A stretch of DNA of 64,000 nt, taken from Burkholderiales bacterium (GTDB lineage: Bacteria > Pseudomonadota > Gammaproteobacteria > Burkholderiales > Burkholderiaceae_C). The DNA lies in NCBI GenBank assembly GCA_031411875.1, contig JANOBX010000043.1, positions 12,513-76,512 of the forward strand, given 5' to 3'. Positions 1 through 10,509 of this stretch are shown here, one piece after another. The notes beneath the pieces are model-generated. The model ran no database searches. It worked only from the letters and a program-made list of their open reading frames with translations, and was not told the origin of the DNA. The stretch's first letter is position 1; every line of letters starts with the position of its first letter. The translations under genes were made by a program, and so were the position numbers.

Positions 1-132
1 CTGCAATTGCCGGTGCCCTTGGCCGCGCGCTGGCTGCTGCGCGCGGTGGACCTGCGGCCGGCGGCCGACCAGCCCGAGCGCTGGGACAGCCGCTTCGTGA
101 CGCTGGCCTTCGAGGTCCTGACGAAACGCTGA
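1..132 (+). CDS. 3' end of a CDS truncated by the window edge, possibly DUF4198 family
   Basis: Frame 1 is open to TGA 130-132 and translates to ...WLLRAVDLRPAADQPERWDSRFVTLAFEVLTKR; the W-x-S-x-F-x-TL-x-FEV ending resembles DUF4198 C-termini (recall). Confidence 0.45.
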   Translation: MQLPVPLAARWLLRAVDLRPAADQPERWDSRFVTLAFEVLTKR

Positions 133-166
133 GCCCGGAGGCCCGCCCGGCCTCCGGACCCCGCAC

Positions 167-451
167 TCAATTCACCGGCAAGGGCGCCGCCGTTTCGCTG
201 GTGGGGGGTGTCACGCCTTCCAGCGACAGGGGCGCGTCGCGCTCGGACTGCATCAGGCCGGCCAGGAACGCCACGAAGGCCTGGATCGATGCCGTGGCGC
301 CTGGCGGTACCGTGCCGCTGGGCGTGACGGGCGGCACCGGCGTCACCGGCGGCGGCGTCTCGGGCGCTGCCTCGCCGTGGTCGTCAGACCCGAAGCAGGC
401 GGCGAGCACGACCGTGGCCCCGATGAGCAATGCGGAAAGAGAGGTCTTCAT
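167..451 (-). CDS. Small Pro-rich lipoprotein, hypothetical (94 aa)
   Basis: ATG 451; MKTSLSALLIGATVVLAAC lipobox; Pro/Thr linker; 17 bp downstream of the DUF4331 gene. Confidence 0.75.
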   Translation of the reverse strand: MKTSLSALLIGATVVLAACFGSDDHGEAAPETPPPVTPVPPVTPSGTVPPGATASIQAFVAFLAGLMQSERDAPLSLEGVTPPTSETAAPLPVN

Positions 452-468
452 GGTGTGCGTTCCAGCTC

Positions 469-2007
469 TCAGCGGCTGCCCGGCAGCGGCGTGTTCAGGT
501 ACGGGAAGCCCGACAGCAGCGGCACCACGGCCTGGTCGACGGCGTCGTGCAGGCTGAAGGCCGTGGCGCCCAGGGGCACGCGCGACGGGTTGCAGTCGGC
601 ACCAAAGCCCAGCGTGTTGCCGTTGCCGTTGGCCATGCACAGGCCGCCCATCACCGCCACCAGCGAGATGTCGACGACGTCGTCCTTCGGACGGCGGCCG
701 TTCGGATAGCCGGCGTTGTCGTTGCCACCCGCGAGGATGTTGCCGACGATGCCCAGCCGGTTCTGCTGCGCGAAGGGCACGGGCGCGATCGAGGTGTTCA
801 GCCGCAGCATCTCCGAGGCCACCACGTTGGCCGGCCGGTTCACGCCGGCAATGCCCGTCAGGAAGGTGGTGACGAGGTCGGTGCGCGGGAAGTTGCGCGG
901 TGCGGTGTTGGGCAGGGCGAGTGCAATTTCCAGCAAAGCCGGCAGCGTGGGGTTGGTGACGTAGTCGGCGAACTGGCCATCGCCAGCCGGCACCGAGGCA
1001 TTGAACTTGTCCTTGTCCTTCAGGCCGATGACGACCTCGTTGACCAGGGGCATGCCCAGGCGCGACACCTGCACCCAGGCGCCGCCCGGCTTCTCGCTGG
1101 CCTGGTGGCCTGAAGGCGGCGTGGGGTTGAGCAGGCGGGCCTGGCGCAGGCTGGCGCTGGTCCAGCCGCCGATGACGGGCTCGGTCCCCGCCACGAGGCA
1201 GCTGCGGTGCACTTCCACCGCCAGCGAGGTGACGTTCTTGTCGCCGATGGTGTTGGGCAGCGCGCCGATGTTGGCGGGGTTGGTGATCACGGCCACGGGC
1301 GCGTTGACCAGGTCGAAGATGGTGCCCAGGTTGACGGCGAAGCTTTCCTGGCGCTGGCCCACGAACACCTTGGCCGGGATGCTGCAGCCGGGGATGTTGA
1401 CGGTGTGGATGTGCCGCGCGGCGTAGCCGGCGTAGTCGGGAATGGTCTTGGTGCCGATGTTGTCGACGGGCTTGTCGAAGGCGGTCGCGCCGGTCGAGGT
1501 GTTGGTCAAAGCGGCGGCCGTGCCGGTGCGGCGATCACCCCGCACCAGGGTCACGCTGAAGGTCTCGGCGAGGTTGAGGTTGGCGTCGCGCACGTTGGCC
1601 ACCTGCCCGGCCTGCATCAGCGGAATCGCGACGTTCTTGCCACCCACCGGCAGGGTCACGCCGGCCCCGCCGGCGGCCAGGGTGTTGGTGAAGCGGAACT
1701 GGAAGGTCAGGTCTTCCTTCGCGTCGCCGTTGTTGTCGACGTGGATTTCGTACAGCGCGTTCGGGTCCATCGAGAAATAGTTCGGTCCGCCATAGGCGTC
1801 CTGCAGCGGCTGATAGTTCGCGATCAGGGTCACGTAGTCGCTGCGGCCGGTCTCGTAGCTGCGGAACATGTAGAAGTCGGTGCCGTCGACCTTCGGGCTG
1901 GTGGTGATGAAGGGAGCTTCACGGTGGCTGGAAGCGCCGGCGCCGGCGGCGCAGGCCAGCAATACAGCGGCGAGCAGCGGGGTGGTGGCAAAGCGGGTCT
2001 TGTTCAT
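469..2007 (-). CDS. DUF4331 domain-containing secreted protein
   Basis: Signal peptide, then ASSHREAP...D-x-TDFYMF, QVSRLGMPLVNE and GYPNGRRPKDDVVDI motifs; RBS CAGGAG before ATG 2007. Confidence 0.9.
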   Translation of the reverse strand: MNKTRFATTPLLAAVLLACAAGAGASSHREAPFITTSPKVDGTDFYMFRSYETGRSDYVTLIANYQPLQDAYGGPNYFSMDPNALYEIHVDNNGDAKEDLTFQFRFTNTLAAGGAGVTLPVGGKNVAIPLMQAGQVANVRDANLNLAETFSVTLVRGDRRTGTAAALTNTSTGATAFDKPVDNIGTKTIPDYAGYAARHIHTVNIPGCSIPAKVFVGQRQESFAVNLGTIFDLVNAPVAVITNPANIGALPNTIGDKNVTSLAVEVHRSCLVAGTEPVIGGWTSASLRQARLLNPTPPSGHQASEKPGGAWVQVSRLGMPLVNEVVIGLKDKDKFNASVPAGDGQFADYVTNPTLPALLEIALALPNTAPRNFPRTDLVTTFLTGIAGVNRPANVVASEMLRLNTSIAPVPFAQQNRLGIVGNILAGGNDNAGYPNGRRPKDDVVDISLVAVMGGLCMANGNGNTLGFGADCNPSRVPLGATAFSLHDAVDQAVVPLLSGFPYLNTPLPGSR

Positions 2008-2081
2008 GGCATCTCCTGGAAGAACTGATAGCTGTCGATTGGGGGGTCGTCGGGTCAGGCGTGACTGGCGACTGCAGCACA

Positions 2082-2107
2082 TACGGCGGCGGCAGCGGTC
2101 TGGATGC
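2082..2107 (-). promoter_or_regulatory. Putative ECF sigma promoter GCATCC-N16-CGTA for the DUF4331 operon
   Basis: Minus strand GCATCC (2107-2102), 16 nt, CGTA (2085-2082); same architecture on the + strand. Confidence 0.6.
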
Positions 2108-2123
2108 ACGGCCCGCTCGTGCT

Positions 2124-2149
2124 GCATCCGAACCGGTCGCGGATGCGTA
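2124..2149 (+). promoter_or_regulatory. Putative ECF sigma promoter GCATCC-N16-CGTA for the PEP-CTERM gene
   Basis: GCATCC 2124-2129, 16 nt, CGTA 2146-2149, 38 nt upstream of ATG 2188. Confidence 0.6.
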
Positions 2150-2187
2150 AGTGAGCCCATGGCCCGCACACCCCAAGGAGACCCGCC

Positions 2188-2796
2188 ATGTCCAAACGCT
2201 TTCCACTCCTGGCCGCTGCCGCGGCCACCTGCCTCGCTCTGACGCTCACGGCGCCCGCCCAGGCCGAGCCGACGGCCTTGTTCGCGCCCTATGCCGGCAC
2301 CGGCAACCTGGTGCTGTTCGACGCGGCCAGCGGCAGCGGCGGCTGGGTCGGCAGCATCCAGCAGTTCGCCGATCCCGAGGCGGCCGCCCCGCTGTCGCTG
2401 GTGAGCGTGGTGCTGTTCAGCGTCGACGCGATGTCGGGCCTGCTCAGCGGCAGCTTCGAGTTCACCGACGCGGCCGACCTCGGCGCGAGCCTGTCGGGCA
2501 CGCTGGTGGGCAGCACGCTGGCGCCCGATGTGTTCGCCAGCGGCGGCCAGTTCAGCATCGACTACACCATCAGCGGTGGCACGGGCGCCTACGCTGGCGC
2601 CAGCGGCTACGGGCTGGCCTTCCTGAACTACGACCCGGCCGGCGGGTTCGACAACTACAGCGAGGACGGCCTGCTGGTCTTCGGCGTGGTGCCGGAACCG
2701 GGCAGCCTCGTGCTGGTGCTCGCGGGCGGGCTCAGCCTGCTGCTGGTGCAGCGGCGGGCAGGCCGTAGGGGTCGTCGAAGCCCAGCCCGCGCATGA
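2188..2796 (+). CDS. PEP-CTERM sorting domain protein
   Basis: Signal peptide (AQA), C-terminal VPEPGSL + hydrophobic helix + Arg cluster; RBS AAGGAG. Confidence 0.88.
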   Translation: MSKRFPLLAAAAATCLALTLTAPAQAEPTALFAPYAGTGNLVLFDAASGSGGWVGSIQQFADPEAAAPLSLVSVVLFSVDAMSGLLSGSFEFTDAADLGASLSGTLVGSTLAPDVFASGGQFSIDYTISGGTGAYAGASGYGLAFLNYDPAGGFDNYSEDGLLVFGVVPEPGSLVLVLAGGLSLLLVQRRAGRRGRRSPARA

Positions 2797-3202
2797 TGCG
2801 GGTCTCCAGGTTTTCCATGGCCTGGGCCTCGGCTTCACCGGTCTCGTGGTCGTAGCCCTGCGCGTGCAGGGTGCCGTGCACCAGCAAGTGGGCGTAGTGC
2901 GCGTGCAGCGGCAGGCCCAGGGCCTGGGCTTCGCTTTCCACCACGGGCGCACACAGCACCAAGTCGGCCTGCACCACGGGGGCCTGGGCGTAGTCGAAGG
3001 TGAGCACGTTGGTGGCGTAGTCTCGGCCGCGGTAGCTGCGGTTCAGAGCCCGGCCTTCATCGGCGTCGACGATGCGCACCGTGATCTCGCCAGGCGCTTG
3101 CAGCGCGGCACGCACCCAGCGCTGCACTCGGTGGCGTGGCAACTGGGCACGGTGGCGCGGGTCGGCGAACTGCAGCGACAGCTGCAGCGAAGCTGCCGTC
3201 AA
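2732..3202 (-). CDS. ybeY: rRNA maturation endoribonuclease YbeY
   Basis: [16 protein letters not shown] and [11 protein letters not shown] metal motif; TTG start overlaps the phoH-like stop. Confidence 0.93.
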   Translation of the reverse strand: MTAASLQLSLQFADPRHRAQLPRHRVQRWVRAALQAPGEITVRIVDADEGRALNRSYRGRDYATNVLTFDYAQAPVVQADLVLCAPVVESEAQALGLPLHAHYAHLLVHGTLHAQGYDHETGEAEAQAMENLETRIMRGLGFDDPYGLPAAAPAAG

Positions 3203-4206
3203 CGCCCGACCTCCGGGCCCGGCCGCGCGCGGTCGTAGGCGTCGACGATGCGCGCCACCAGCGGATGCCGCACCACGTCCTGGGCACCGAAATGCGTGAA
3301 GGCGATGCCGTCGACCCGCCGCAGGATGACCTGCGCGTCCACCAGGCCGCTGGGGTGGCCGGCCGGCAGGTCGACCTGGCTGGTGTCGCCGGTGACCACG
3401 CACTTGCTGCCGAAGCCGATGCGCGTCATGAACATCTTCATCTGCTCGCGCGTGGTGTTCTGCGCTTCGTCCAGGATGACGAAGGCGTGATTCAGCGTAC
3501 GCCCGCGCATGAAGGCCAGCGGGGCGATCTCGATGAGCTGCTTCTCGAAGGCCTTCGTCACGCGGTCGAAGCCCATCAGGTCGTACAGCGCGTCGTACAG
3601 CGGGCGCAGGTAGGGGTCGACCTTCTGCGCCAGGTCGCCGGGCAGGAAGCCCAGGCGTTCGCCGGCTTCCACCGCCGGCCGGGTGAGCACGATGCGCTGC
3701 ACGCCCTGGCGTTCCAGCGCGTCGACCGCGCAGGCCACGGCGAGGAAGGTCTTGCCGGTGCCGGCCGGGCCGATGCCGAAGGTGATGTCGTGGCGCAGGA
3801 TCTGGCGCAGGTACTGCGTCTGGTTCGCGGTGCGGCCGCTCAGGTCGGCATGGCGGGTGTGCAGCACCACGGGGGCGTCGTCGTCGGCCGCGGCCGCGGC
3901 CGGGCCACCGGCAGCGGCCGGCGCCGCAACAAGGCCAGGCAGGGCCTGCTTCAACGCCAGCTGCAGGCTGCGCTCGCCGATGGGCGCGCGCGCACGTTCG
4001 TACAGCTCGTCGAGCAGCAAGGCGGTGCGCTCCACGGCGTCTCGGGCGCCTTCGATACGGAAGCTGGCGTCGCGCCTGGCCAGCGTCACGTGCAAGGCCG
4101 ATTCGATGCTGCGCAGGTGCGCGTCGAGCGGGCCGCACAGATGGGCCAGACGGCGGTTGTCGGCAGGTTCGAGTTCGTGGCGTCGGATCACGGGGGCCTT
4201 GGGCAT
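3199..4206 (-). CDS. PhoH family ATPase (YbeZ-like); alternative GTG start at 4191
   Basis: GPAGTGKT Walker [40 protein letters not shown]. Confidence 0.93.
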   Translation of the reverse strand: MPKAPVIRRHELEPADNRRLAHLCGPLDAHLRSIESALHVTLARRDASFRIEGARDAVERTALLLDELYERARAPIGERSLQLALKQALPGLVAAPAAAGGPAAAAADDDAPVVLHTRHADLSGRTANQTQYLRQILRHDITFGIGPAGTGKTFLAVACAVDALERQGVQRIVLTRPAVEAGERLGFLPGDLAQKVDPYLRPLYDALYDLMGFDRVTKAFEKQLIEIAPLAFMRGRTLNHAFVILDEAQNTTREQMKMFMTRIGFGSKCVVTGDTSQVDLPAGHPSGLVDAQVILRRVDGIAFTHFGAQDVVRHPLVARIVDAYDRARPGPEVGR

Positions 4207-4282
4207 TTGCGCACAGGGCGTGCATTCTGGCAGCAGGGGCCGCCGGCAGCGGACCACGGCGCGCGGCAGAATCAGAGGCTGA

Positions 4283-6163
4283 ATGCCGACGACCCTGAAA
4301 CTGCTGTCACTGCTGCTGCGGCAGTTCACGCGGGCCTGCTGGCCACTGGCCTGGTGCCTGGCCGCCTGGCTGCCGGCGCCGGTCCAAGCGCAGACCCTGA
4401 CCATCACTGCCGCGCTTGCCGCTGCAGGCGAAGGCGCCTTGTTCCCCATCGGCGAACCCGCCCAGCCCGTCGTCCTGCCGCACGAATGGGCGGCCACCCG
4501 TCCCGGCCTGGCTGGCGCACTGTGGTACCGCGTGACCTTTACTCCCCCGGGCAACCTGGCGGGTGGCGAACTGCTGGCGCTGTACATCGACCATGTCTGC
4601 AGCAACTACCGCGTGCTGCTGAACGGCCAGGAAATCGCCAGCGGCGGGCGCATGACGCCACCGCTCACGCACAACTGCAACCACCCGCAGCTCATCACCC
4701 TGCCCGGCGCGCTGCTGCGTGCGGAAGTCAGCACGCTGGACATCCAGGTGGCCGGGCATCGGCTGGCGGAGGTGGGCTCGCGCCAGCGCGCCGGCGGCTT
4801 GTCGGACCTGGTGATCGGCCCGCAGAGCGAACTGGCGGCCCGCCATGCCCGGCGCACCGCGCTGCAGGTGACGGCGCCGCAGGCCGTGGGCGCGACGCTG
4901 CTGCTGATGGGCGGCTTCATGTTCGTGCTGGGCTTCATGAACCGCCAGGAAAGCCACCTGGCCTACTTCGGCGCGCTGTCGGTGGGCTGGGCGCTGCTCG
5001 ACCTGCGGCTGTGGCTGCGCACCCTGCCGCTGTCGCATTCGACGGCCGAGTTCCTGCTTATCACGATGCTGGGATTCATCACCTGGGTGGCGGTGCAGTT
5101 CCTGCTGCGCTACGGCGGCGTGCGCCTGGCCACGGTGGACCGGGCGCTGCCGGTGCAGGCGGCCCTGGTGCCGCTGAGCCTGTTGCTGGCCGGGCCCGAG
5201 CATCTGCGCAAGGTGGCCACCGTCTGGTATGCGGTGCTGCTGGCCGAGGTGGTGGTGGCTTCGGCCTGGTATCTGTGGCGGGAAAGGCGGCGCCCGTCCT
5301 TCTGGCTGATGGGCCCGCTGCTGGGGGCCATGGCCGTGGCCGGCATCATCGAACTGGTGGCCCAGCGCACCGGCCAGCGGCCGCTGGCGGCGCATGTGGC
5401 GGCGCTGATCGCGCCGGTGCTGTTCGTCATCGTCGGCCTGCGCCTGGTGCAGCAGCAGGGGCGCGCCCGTCAGACCATCGAGCAGGACAAGGTGCTGCTG
5501 GAGCAGCGCGTGGCCGAGGCCGCGGCAGAAATCGAGAACAACTATCGCCAGCTGAGCGAGCTGCGCGTGGAGCAGGTGACGGAACGCGAGCGCAAGCGCA
5601 TTGCCGCCGACCTGCACGACGACCTCGGGGCCAAGCTGCTGACCATCGTGCACACCAGCGAGAGTGAACGCATCAGCACGCTGGCGCGCGAGGCGCTGGA
5701 GGAGATGCGGCTGTCGGTGCGCGGCCTCACCGGCAAGGCGGTGCGGCTGGGCGACGCCCTGGGCGACTGGCGCGCCGAGGTCGTGTCGCGGCTGAACCAG
5801 GCCGGCATCGAAGGCGAGTGGGACGCCCCCGAAGAGCTGCCGCAACGCCTGTCGGCGCGCGCCTATGTGCAGACCACGCGCATCCTGCGCGAGGCCACCA
5901 GCAACATCATCAAGCACAGCAATGCCACGCTGTGCACCATGACCTGCAGCATCACCGACGGCGACCTGCAGTTCGTGGTGCAGGACAACGGCGACGGCAT
6001 CGCCGCGGAAACCGAAGGCCGCCTGGACCGCGGCCATGGCCTGGCGAGCATGAAGAACCGGGCCAAGCAGCTGCAGGGGCAGTGCCTGGTCGAGTCGAGC
6101 CCGGGCTACGGAACCGTGATACGCCTCACGGTTCCGCTGGACCGCGCCACCGAAGCCTCGTGA
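4283..6163 (+). CDS. Membrane sensor histidine kinase (periplasmic beta-sandwich + ~7 TM + HisKA_3/HATPase)
   Basis: [15 protein letters not shown]-box, SNIIKHS N-box, DNGDG, GHGL; multiple TM segments; N-terminal WYR..F / LNG pattern typical of 7TM-DISM-like sugar-binding folds. Confidence 0.88.
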   Translation: MPTTLKLLSLLLRQFTRACWPLAWCLAAWLPAPVQAQTLTITAALAAAGEGALFPIGEPAQPVVLPHEWAATRPGLAGALWYRVTFTPPGNLAGGELLALYIDHVCSNYRVLLNGQEIASGGRMTPPLTHNCNHPQLITLPGALLRAEVSTLDIQVAGHRLAEVGSRQRAGGLSDLVIGPQSELAARHARRTALQVTAPQAVGATLLLMGGFMFVLGFMNRQESHLAYFGALSVGWALLDLRLWLRTLPLSHSTAEFLLITMLGFITWVAVQFLLRYGGVRLATVDRALPVQAALVPLSLLLAGPEHLRKVATVWYAVLLAEVVVASAWYLWRERRRPSFWLMGPLLGAMAVAGIIELVAQRTGQRPLAAHVAALIAPVLFVIVGLRLVQQQGRARQTIEQDKVLLEQRVAEAAAEIENNYRQLSELRVEQVTERERKRIAADLHDDLGAKLLTIVHTSESERISTLAREALEEMRLSVRGLTGKAVRLGDALGDWRAEVVSRLNQAGIEGEWDAPEELPQRLSARAYVQTTRILREATSNIIKHSNATLCTMTCSITDGDLQFVVQDNGDGIAAETEGRLDRGHGLASMKNRAKQLQGQCLVESSPGYGTVIRLTVPLDRATEAS

Positions 6164-6214
6164 TTCCCGCGACCACGCCGATAACATGCCCAACGATCGA
6201 ATGGGAAAACCTGG

Positions 6215-6868
6215 ATGAAGACGATTCTGCTGCTCGAAGACCTGCCCGAGATCCGGGTCTGGTTGCGCAAGCTGGTGCTGCAGGTGTTCCCTGGCGCCCA
6301 CCTGTCCGAGAGCGCACGGGTCAGCGACGCGCTCGAACTGGTCTCGGCCGTGAAGTTCGACCTGGCGCTGATCGACCTGGGCCTGCCCGACGGCAGCGGT
6401 GTCGACGTGGTGAGCAAGCTGCGCGAAGTGCAGCCCGACGCCCAGAGCGTGGTGGTCAGCATCCACGACGACGACGAGCACCTGTTCCCGGCGCTGCAGG
6501 CCGGTGCCTTCGGCTACATCCTGAAGGAACAGGCGCGTGAGCTCATCACCGAGCAATTGCAGCGCATCAGCCAGGGCGAACCCCCGCTCAGCCCGAGCAT
6601 CGCGCGCCGCGTGATGGCCTACTTCAGTGCCAAGGCCAAGCCGCAGCCCAACAGCGGCCACGCCATGCCCAACGTCAACCTCACCGACCGAGAAAGCGAA
6701 GTGCTCTTGCGCGTGGCCAAGGGCTACACCCTGCCCGAGATCGGCGTGCAGCTGGGGCTGAGCCGCCACACCATTGCCGACTACGTGAAGCAGATCTATC
6801 GCAAGCTCAACGTGAGCTCGCGGGCAGAAGCGGCGCTGGAAGCGCAACGTCTGGGGCTGTTCCGCTGA
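6215..6868 (+). CDS. NarL/LuxR-family response regulator
   Basis: LLEDL, LIDLGLPDGSG, GYILK receiver motifs; LTDRESEVL...IYRKLNV LuxR HTH. Confidence 0.93.
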   Translation: MKTILLLEDLPEIRVWLRKLVLQVFPGAHLSESARVSDALELVSAVKFDLALIDLGLPDGSGVDVVSKLREVQPDAQSVVVSIHDDDEHLFPALQAGAFGYILKEQARELITEQLQRISQGEPPLSPSIARRVMAYFSAKAKPQPNSGHAMPNVNLTDRESEVLLRVAKGYTLPEIGVQLGLSRHTIADYVKQIYRKLNVSSRAEAALEAQRLGLFR

Positions 6869-6965
6869 CGCAGCGGGCCGGCGATACCCAGGGCTGGTTG
6901 CGTGAAGCCGACCCCGGGTTGATCTCGGCTCGAGGTCGCAGCCGGTTGAGGTGGTTGGCGTCGGT

Positions 6966-8195
6966 TCAACGCTCGCTGAATGCCTCCTGCGACCTGAGCA
7001 TCGGCCGCAACAAGAAGCCCAGCACCGACCGCTGGCCGGTTCGGATCTCCACCTGCCCCGTCATCCCCGGCAACACCGCCAGTTCCTTGCCCCCACCCTT
7101 CAGCGTCGTGCCGTCGGCGTGCACCATGGCGCGGTAGTAGGTGCCGCCGGGCGTGGCGGCTCGGTCGGGGTCGCCCAGGGCGTCGGGGCTGATCGAGGTG
7201 ACCGTGCCCTTCAGGCCGCCATAGACCGTGTATTCGTAAGCCGAGATCTTGATCTCGACCTTCTGCCCCACGCGCACGAAGCCGATGTCGGCCGGCTTCA
7301 CGCGCGCTTCGACCAGCACGCGCGGGCCCAGCGGCAGGATCTCCATCACCGGCGCGCCAGGGGCGACGACGCCGCCCACGGTGTTGCTCTTGATCTGCTT
7401 GACGACGCCGCGCACCGGCGAGGTGAGCGTGGTGCGCTTGAGCATGTCGTCGCGCACCACCAGCTGTTCCTCCAGCAGTGCGAGCTCGGTGCGCACCTTC
7501 ACCAGTTCGCCCGACGCCTCCTGGCGGAAGCGATTCACGCGTTCCTGGGCCTGCAGGTTCAGGTCGTTGACCTGACGGCGCAGCCGCATCACTTCGACCT
7601 CGCTCATCAGGCCCTTGGCCGACATGGTCTCGGCCACGCCCAGCTCGCGCTGCAGCAGCGCCACGCTGCGTCGGGTGCTGGCCACGGCCTCGTCGACGCC
7701 ACGCTGGCGCGCCTCGAAGCTCTCGGTTTCGCCCTGGACGATGGCGCGCACCGCCGCCACCTCGGGCGGAAACAGCAGCGCCCGACCGCTGGCTTCGGCC
7801 TGCAGCCGCGCCACCGCGGCCTTCAAGGCCAGCCGCTTGGCCTGGCCTTCGGCCTGCTGCGCCTCGAAGCGGGTGGGGTCCAGCACGGCCAGCGGCTGGC
7901 CCGGCGCCACCTGCTGGCCTTCGCGCACCATCACCTCGCGCAGGATGCCGCCTTCGAGACTGGCGATGACCTGTTCGCGCCCGTCGGGCACCACCCGCCC
8001 GACCGCACGCGTGACGATGTCGACCTGCGACGTGGCGGCCCAGCCCACGGCGATGGCCACCACCACCAGCATCAGGTAGACGGCGTACATCGCCGCCGGC
8101 GCCGGCTCGACCACCTGCGCGCCGCCGACCGCGCTGACGTAGGCCACGTCGCTGCTGCGCAGCTCGGGCCGGCGCTGGCGCTTGAACAGGCTCAC
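6966..8195 (-). CDS. Type I secretion HlyD-family membrane fusion protein
   Basis: GRVVPDGREQVIASLEGGIL, SPVRGVV, AYEYTVYGGLKG, LPGMTGQVEIRTG; GTGA overlap with the ABC gene. Confidence 0.93.
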   Translation of the reverse strand: MSLFKRQRRPELRSSDVAYVSAVGGAQVVEPAPAAMYAVYLMLVVVAIAVGWAATSQVDIVTRAVGRVVPDGREQVIASLEGGILREVMVREGQQVAPGQPLAVLDPTRFEAQQAEGQAKRLALKAAVARLQAEASGRALLFPPEVAAVRAIVQGETESFEARQRGVDEAVASTRRSVALLQRELGVAETMSAKGLMSEVEVMRLRRQVNDLNLQAQERVNRFRQEASGELVKVRTELALLEEQLVVRDDMLKRTTLTSPVRGVVKQIKSNTVGGVVAPGAPVMEILPLGPRVLVEARVKPADIGFVRVGQKVEIKISAYEYTVYGGLKGTVTSISPDALGDPDRAATPGGTYYRAMVHADGTTLKGGGKELAVLPGMTGQVEIRTGQRSVLGFLLRPMLRSQEAFSER

Positions 8196-10483
8196 AGCGC
8201 CGCCTGCCTTTCCTGCGGCTGTGCGGCAGGATGCTGCACGACGTTGCCGGCCTGCGCCGGGCCGGGCGGGCGGGCACCCGACAAGGCCGCCAGCACCTGG
8301 GCCTTCGGCCCGTCCATCACCAGCTTGCCGGCGTCGACGACGACAATGCGGTCGACGAGTTCCAGCACCGCCGGGCGGTGCGTCACCATGATCAAGGTGC
8401 AGTTGCCGCAGGCTGCCTTCAGCTGGCGCAGGAAGGCGACCTCGCTCTGCGCGTCCATCGAGCTGGTGGGCTCGTCCATCAGCAGCACCTGGGGCTTGGT
8501 CACCAGGCAGCGCGCCAGGGCCACGAGCTGGCGCTGGCCACCCGACAGCAGGGTGCCGGCCTCGCCCACCGGCAGCTCCCAGCCCTGCGGGTGGCTGGCC
8601 ACCAGGCGGTCCAGGCCGGTCAGGCGGGCCACTTCGGCCAGGCGGCCGGCGTCGGCGCCGGGGCGGTCGAGCAGCACGTTGTCGCGCAGGCTGCCGCTGA
8701 ACAGGCGCGGGTCCTGGCTGACGAAGCCGACGCGGGCACGGTAGTCGGCAGGGTCGATCTGGCGCAGGTCCATGCCGTCGGCCTCGACCATGCCTTCGCT
8801 GGGCAGGTACAGCCCCGCCAGCAGGCGCAGGATGGTGCTCTTGCCCGACCCGATGCGACCCAGCAGCGCCACGCGCTCACCGGGCGCGAAACGCAGCGTC
8901 ACGCCCTTCAGCACGCGCGGGCCGCCACCGGTGGTGGGCACCTGTGCGCCGCTGCCGGCGATGGGCTGGCTCGGGTAGGAAAACGAGGCGTCGACGAGCC
9001 CGAGCGCGCCCGTCAGCTCGCGCTTGGGCACGTAGCTGCGGCCGGGCTCGCGCTCGACCGGCTGGCGCATGACGTGGTCGAGCGCGCGCATCGCGGCCCG
9101 GGCGCCCTGGTAGCGCGTGGCCAGCTGCACCACGCTGGACAGCGGCGCCACGGCGCGGGTGGCGAACATCACCGCACCGATCAGCGCCCCGCCCGTGAGC
9201 GTGTTGTCGGCGATGAGGAAGACCCCGATCACCAGCATCACCATCGTGATGAGCTGCTGCGAGACCGCCGAGATGTTCGTCGTCCAGGCCGTGATGCGGC
9301 GCGAACGCAGCATGGCCGCCGACGAGGTGGCGGTGGATTCCTCGTAGCGGCGGATGAAGCGCCCCTGGGCGCCGGCCGCCTTGATGTCTTCGAGCCCGTC
9401 GACGGATTCGATGAGCACGCCCTGCAGGTCGGCCTGCTCGGCCTGATGGGTGTTCATGGCCCGGCGCAGGCTGCCCTGGATGAGCACCGACATGCCCAGG
9501 AGCAGCGGAATCGCCAGCACCAGCACCCAGCCGAGCGGGCCGCCGATGACGAAGGTCATGGCCACGAAGAGCACGATGAAGGGCAGGTCCGACAAGGCCG
9601 CCAGCGTCGCCGAGGCGAAGAACTCGCGCACCTGTTCGACCTGGGCCACGTGGTGGGCATAGGCACCGCTGGACGCCGGTCGGCTTTCCATGCGGATGCC
9701 CAGGGTCTGGCGGAACAAGGTGGCACCGATGATCAGGTCGGCCTTGCGGCTGGCCATGTCGATCAGATAGGAACGCAGCTGGCGCGAGATCAGGTCGAAC
9801 ACCAGCGCCAGCGCGCTGGCCGTGGCCAGGGCCGCCAGGGTGATGAAGGCCTGGTGCGGAATGACCTTGTCGAAGATGACCGAGGTGGCCAAGCCCGTCA
9901 CCAGCATCAGCACATTCGACAACAGGGCGGCCAGCAGCGCGCCGCGGTAGTACGGGATGAAGCGGCGCAGCGTGCCCCAGAGCCAGTGGCTGCCGGGGTC
10001 GCGCAGCGCCGCCGCGTCCTGGCCCGGCGCAGCGGCAGGCGCGGCCAGGGGCGTGGCCACCAGGGCGAAGCCGGTGTATTCCTGCTGCAGCTCGTCTTCG
10101 GTGGCGGTGCAGGCATGGTGCTCGCGGCCGGGCATGACGATGTCGTAGCTGCGCGCGTCGTTCGCATGCCGGGCGACGACGATGCAGGCGTCGCCTTCCT
10201 TCAGCAGCAGCACCGCGGGCAGCAGCAGGTGGTGCATGGCGGCCAGCGGGCGCTGCATCAGGCCGGCGCTGTAGCCGGCCTCGCGCAGGGCCTGCAGCGC
10301 CTGGTCGGGGCCCAGCCGGCCGGCACGCGGCTGGCCTGCCAGCAGCGACTCGGGCGTGCGCTCGCGGCCGTGGTGGCGCGTCAGCCAGCTGATGGCGTGG
10401 GCCAGCGCGTCGTTGTCGCTGTCCAGGCCGGCCTCGGCGGGCGGAGGCTGGGCGCTGCCTTGCGGGGGTGGCACTTCGCTCAT
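8192..10483 (-). CDS. Type I secretion permease/ATPase (LapB/LssB-like, with C39-like domain)
   Basis: N-terminal C39-like LPAVLLL, TM domain FDKVIP/DLPF, GRIGSGKST, LSGGQRQ, DEPTS. Confidence 0.93.
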   Translation of the reverse strand: MSEVPPPQGSAQPPPAEAGLDSDNDALAHAISWLTRHHGRERTPESLLAGQPRAGRLGPDQALQALREAGYSAGLMQRPLAAMHHLLLPAVLLLKEGDACIVVARHANDARSYDIVMPGREHHACTATEDELQQEYTGFALVATPLAAPAAAPGQDAAALRDPGSHWLWGTLRRFIPYYRGALLAALLSNVLMLVTGLATSVIFDKVIPHQAFITLAALATASALALVFDLISRQLRSYLIDMASRKADLIIGATLFRQTLGIRMESRPASSGAYAHHVAQVEQVREFFASATLAALSDLPFIVLFVAMTFVIGGPLGWVLVLAIPLLLGMSVLIQGSLRRAMNTHQAEQADLQGVLIESVDGLEDIKAAGAQGRFIRRYEESTATSSAAMLRSRRITAWTTNISAVSQQLITMVMLVIGVFLIADNTLTGGALIGAVMFATRAVAPLSSVVQLATRYQGARAAMRALDHVMRQPVEREPGRSYVPKRELTGALGLVDASFSYPSQPIAGSGAQVPTTGGGPRVLKGVTLRFAPGERVALLGRIGSGKSTILRLLAGLYLPSEGMVEADGMDLRQIDPADYRARVGFVSQDPRLFSGSLRDNVLLDRPGADAGRLAEVARLTGLDRLVASHPQGWELPVGEAGTLLSGGQRQLVALARCLVTKPQVLLMDEPTSSMDAQSEVAFLRQLKAACGNCTLIMVTHRPAVLELVDRIVVVDAGKLVMDGPKAQVLAALSGARPPGPAQAGNVVQHPAAQPQERQAAL

Positions 10484-10509
10484 CGGGTGGGTTCAGCGCG
10501 GCGCTGCCT

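Noticed and set aside
2008-2952. N-terminal extension of the 827-aa ORF (similarly 21364-22287, 24508-25200, 34899-35705, 45619-46170)
   Set aside because: They overlap opposite-strand genes or promoters; the downstream ATGs match family N-termini and most have an RBS or signal peptide
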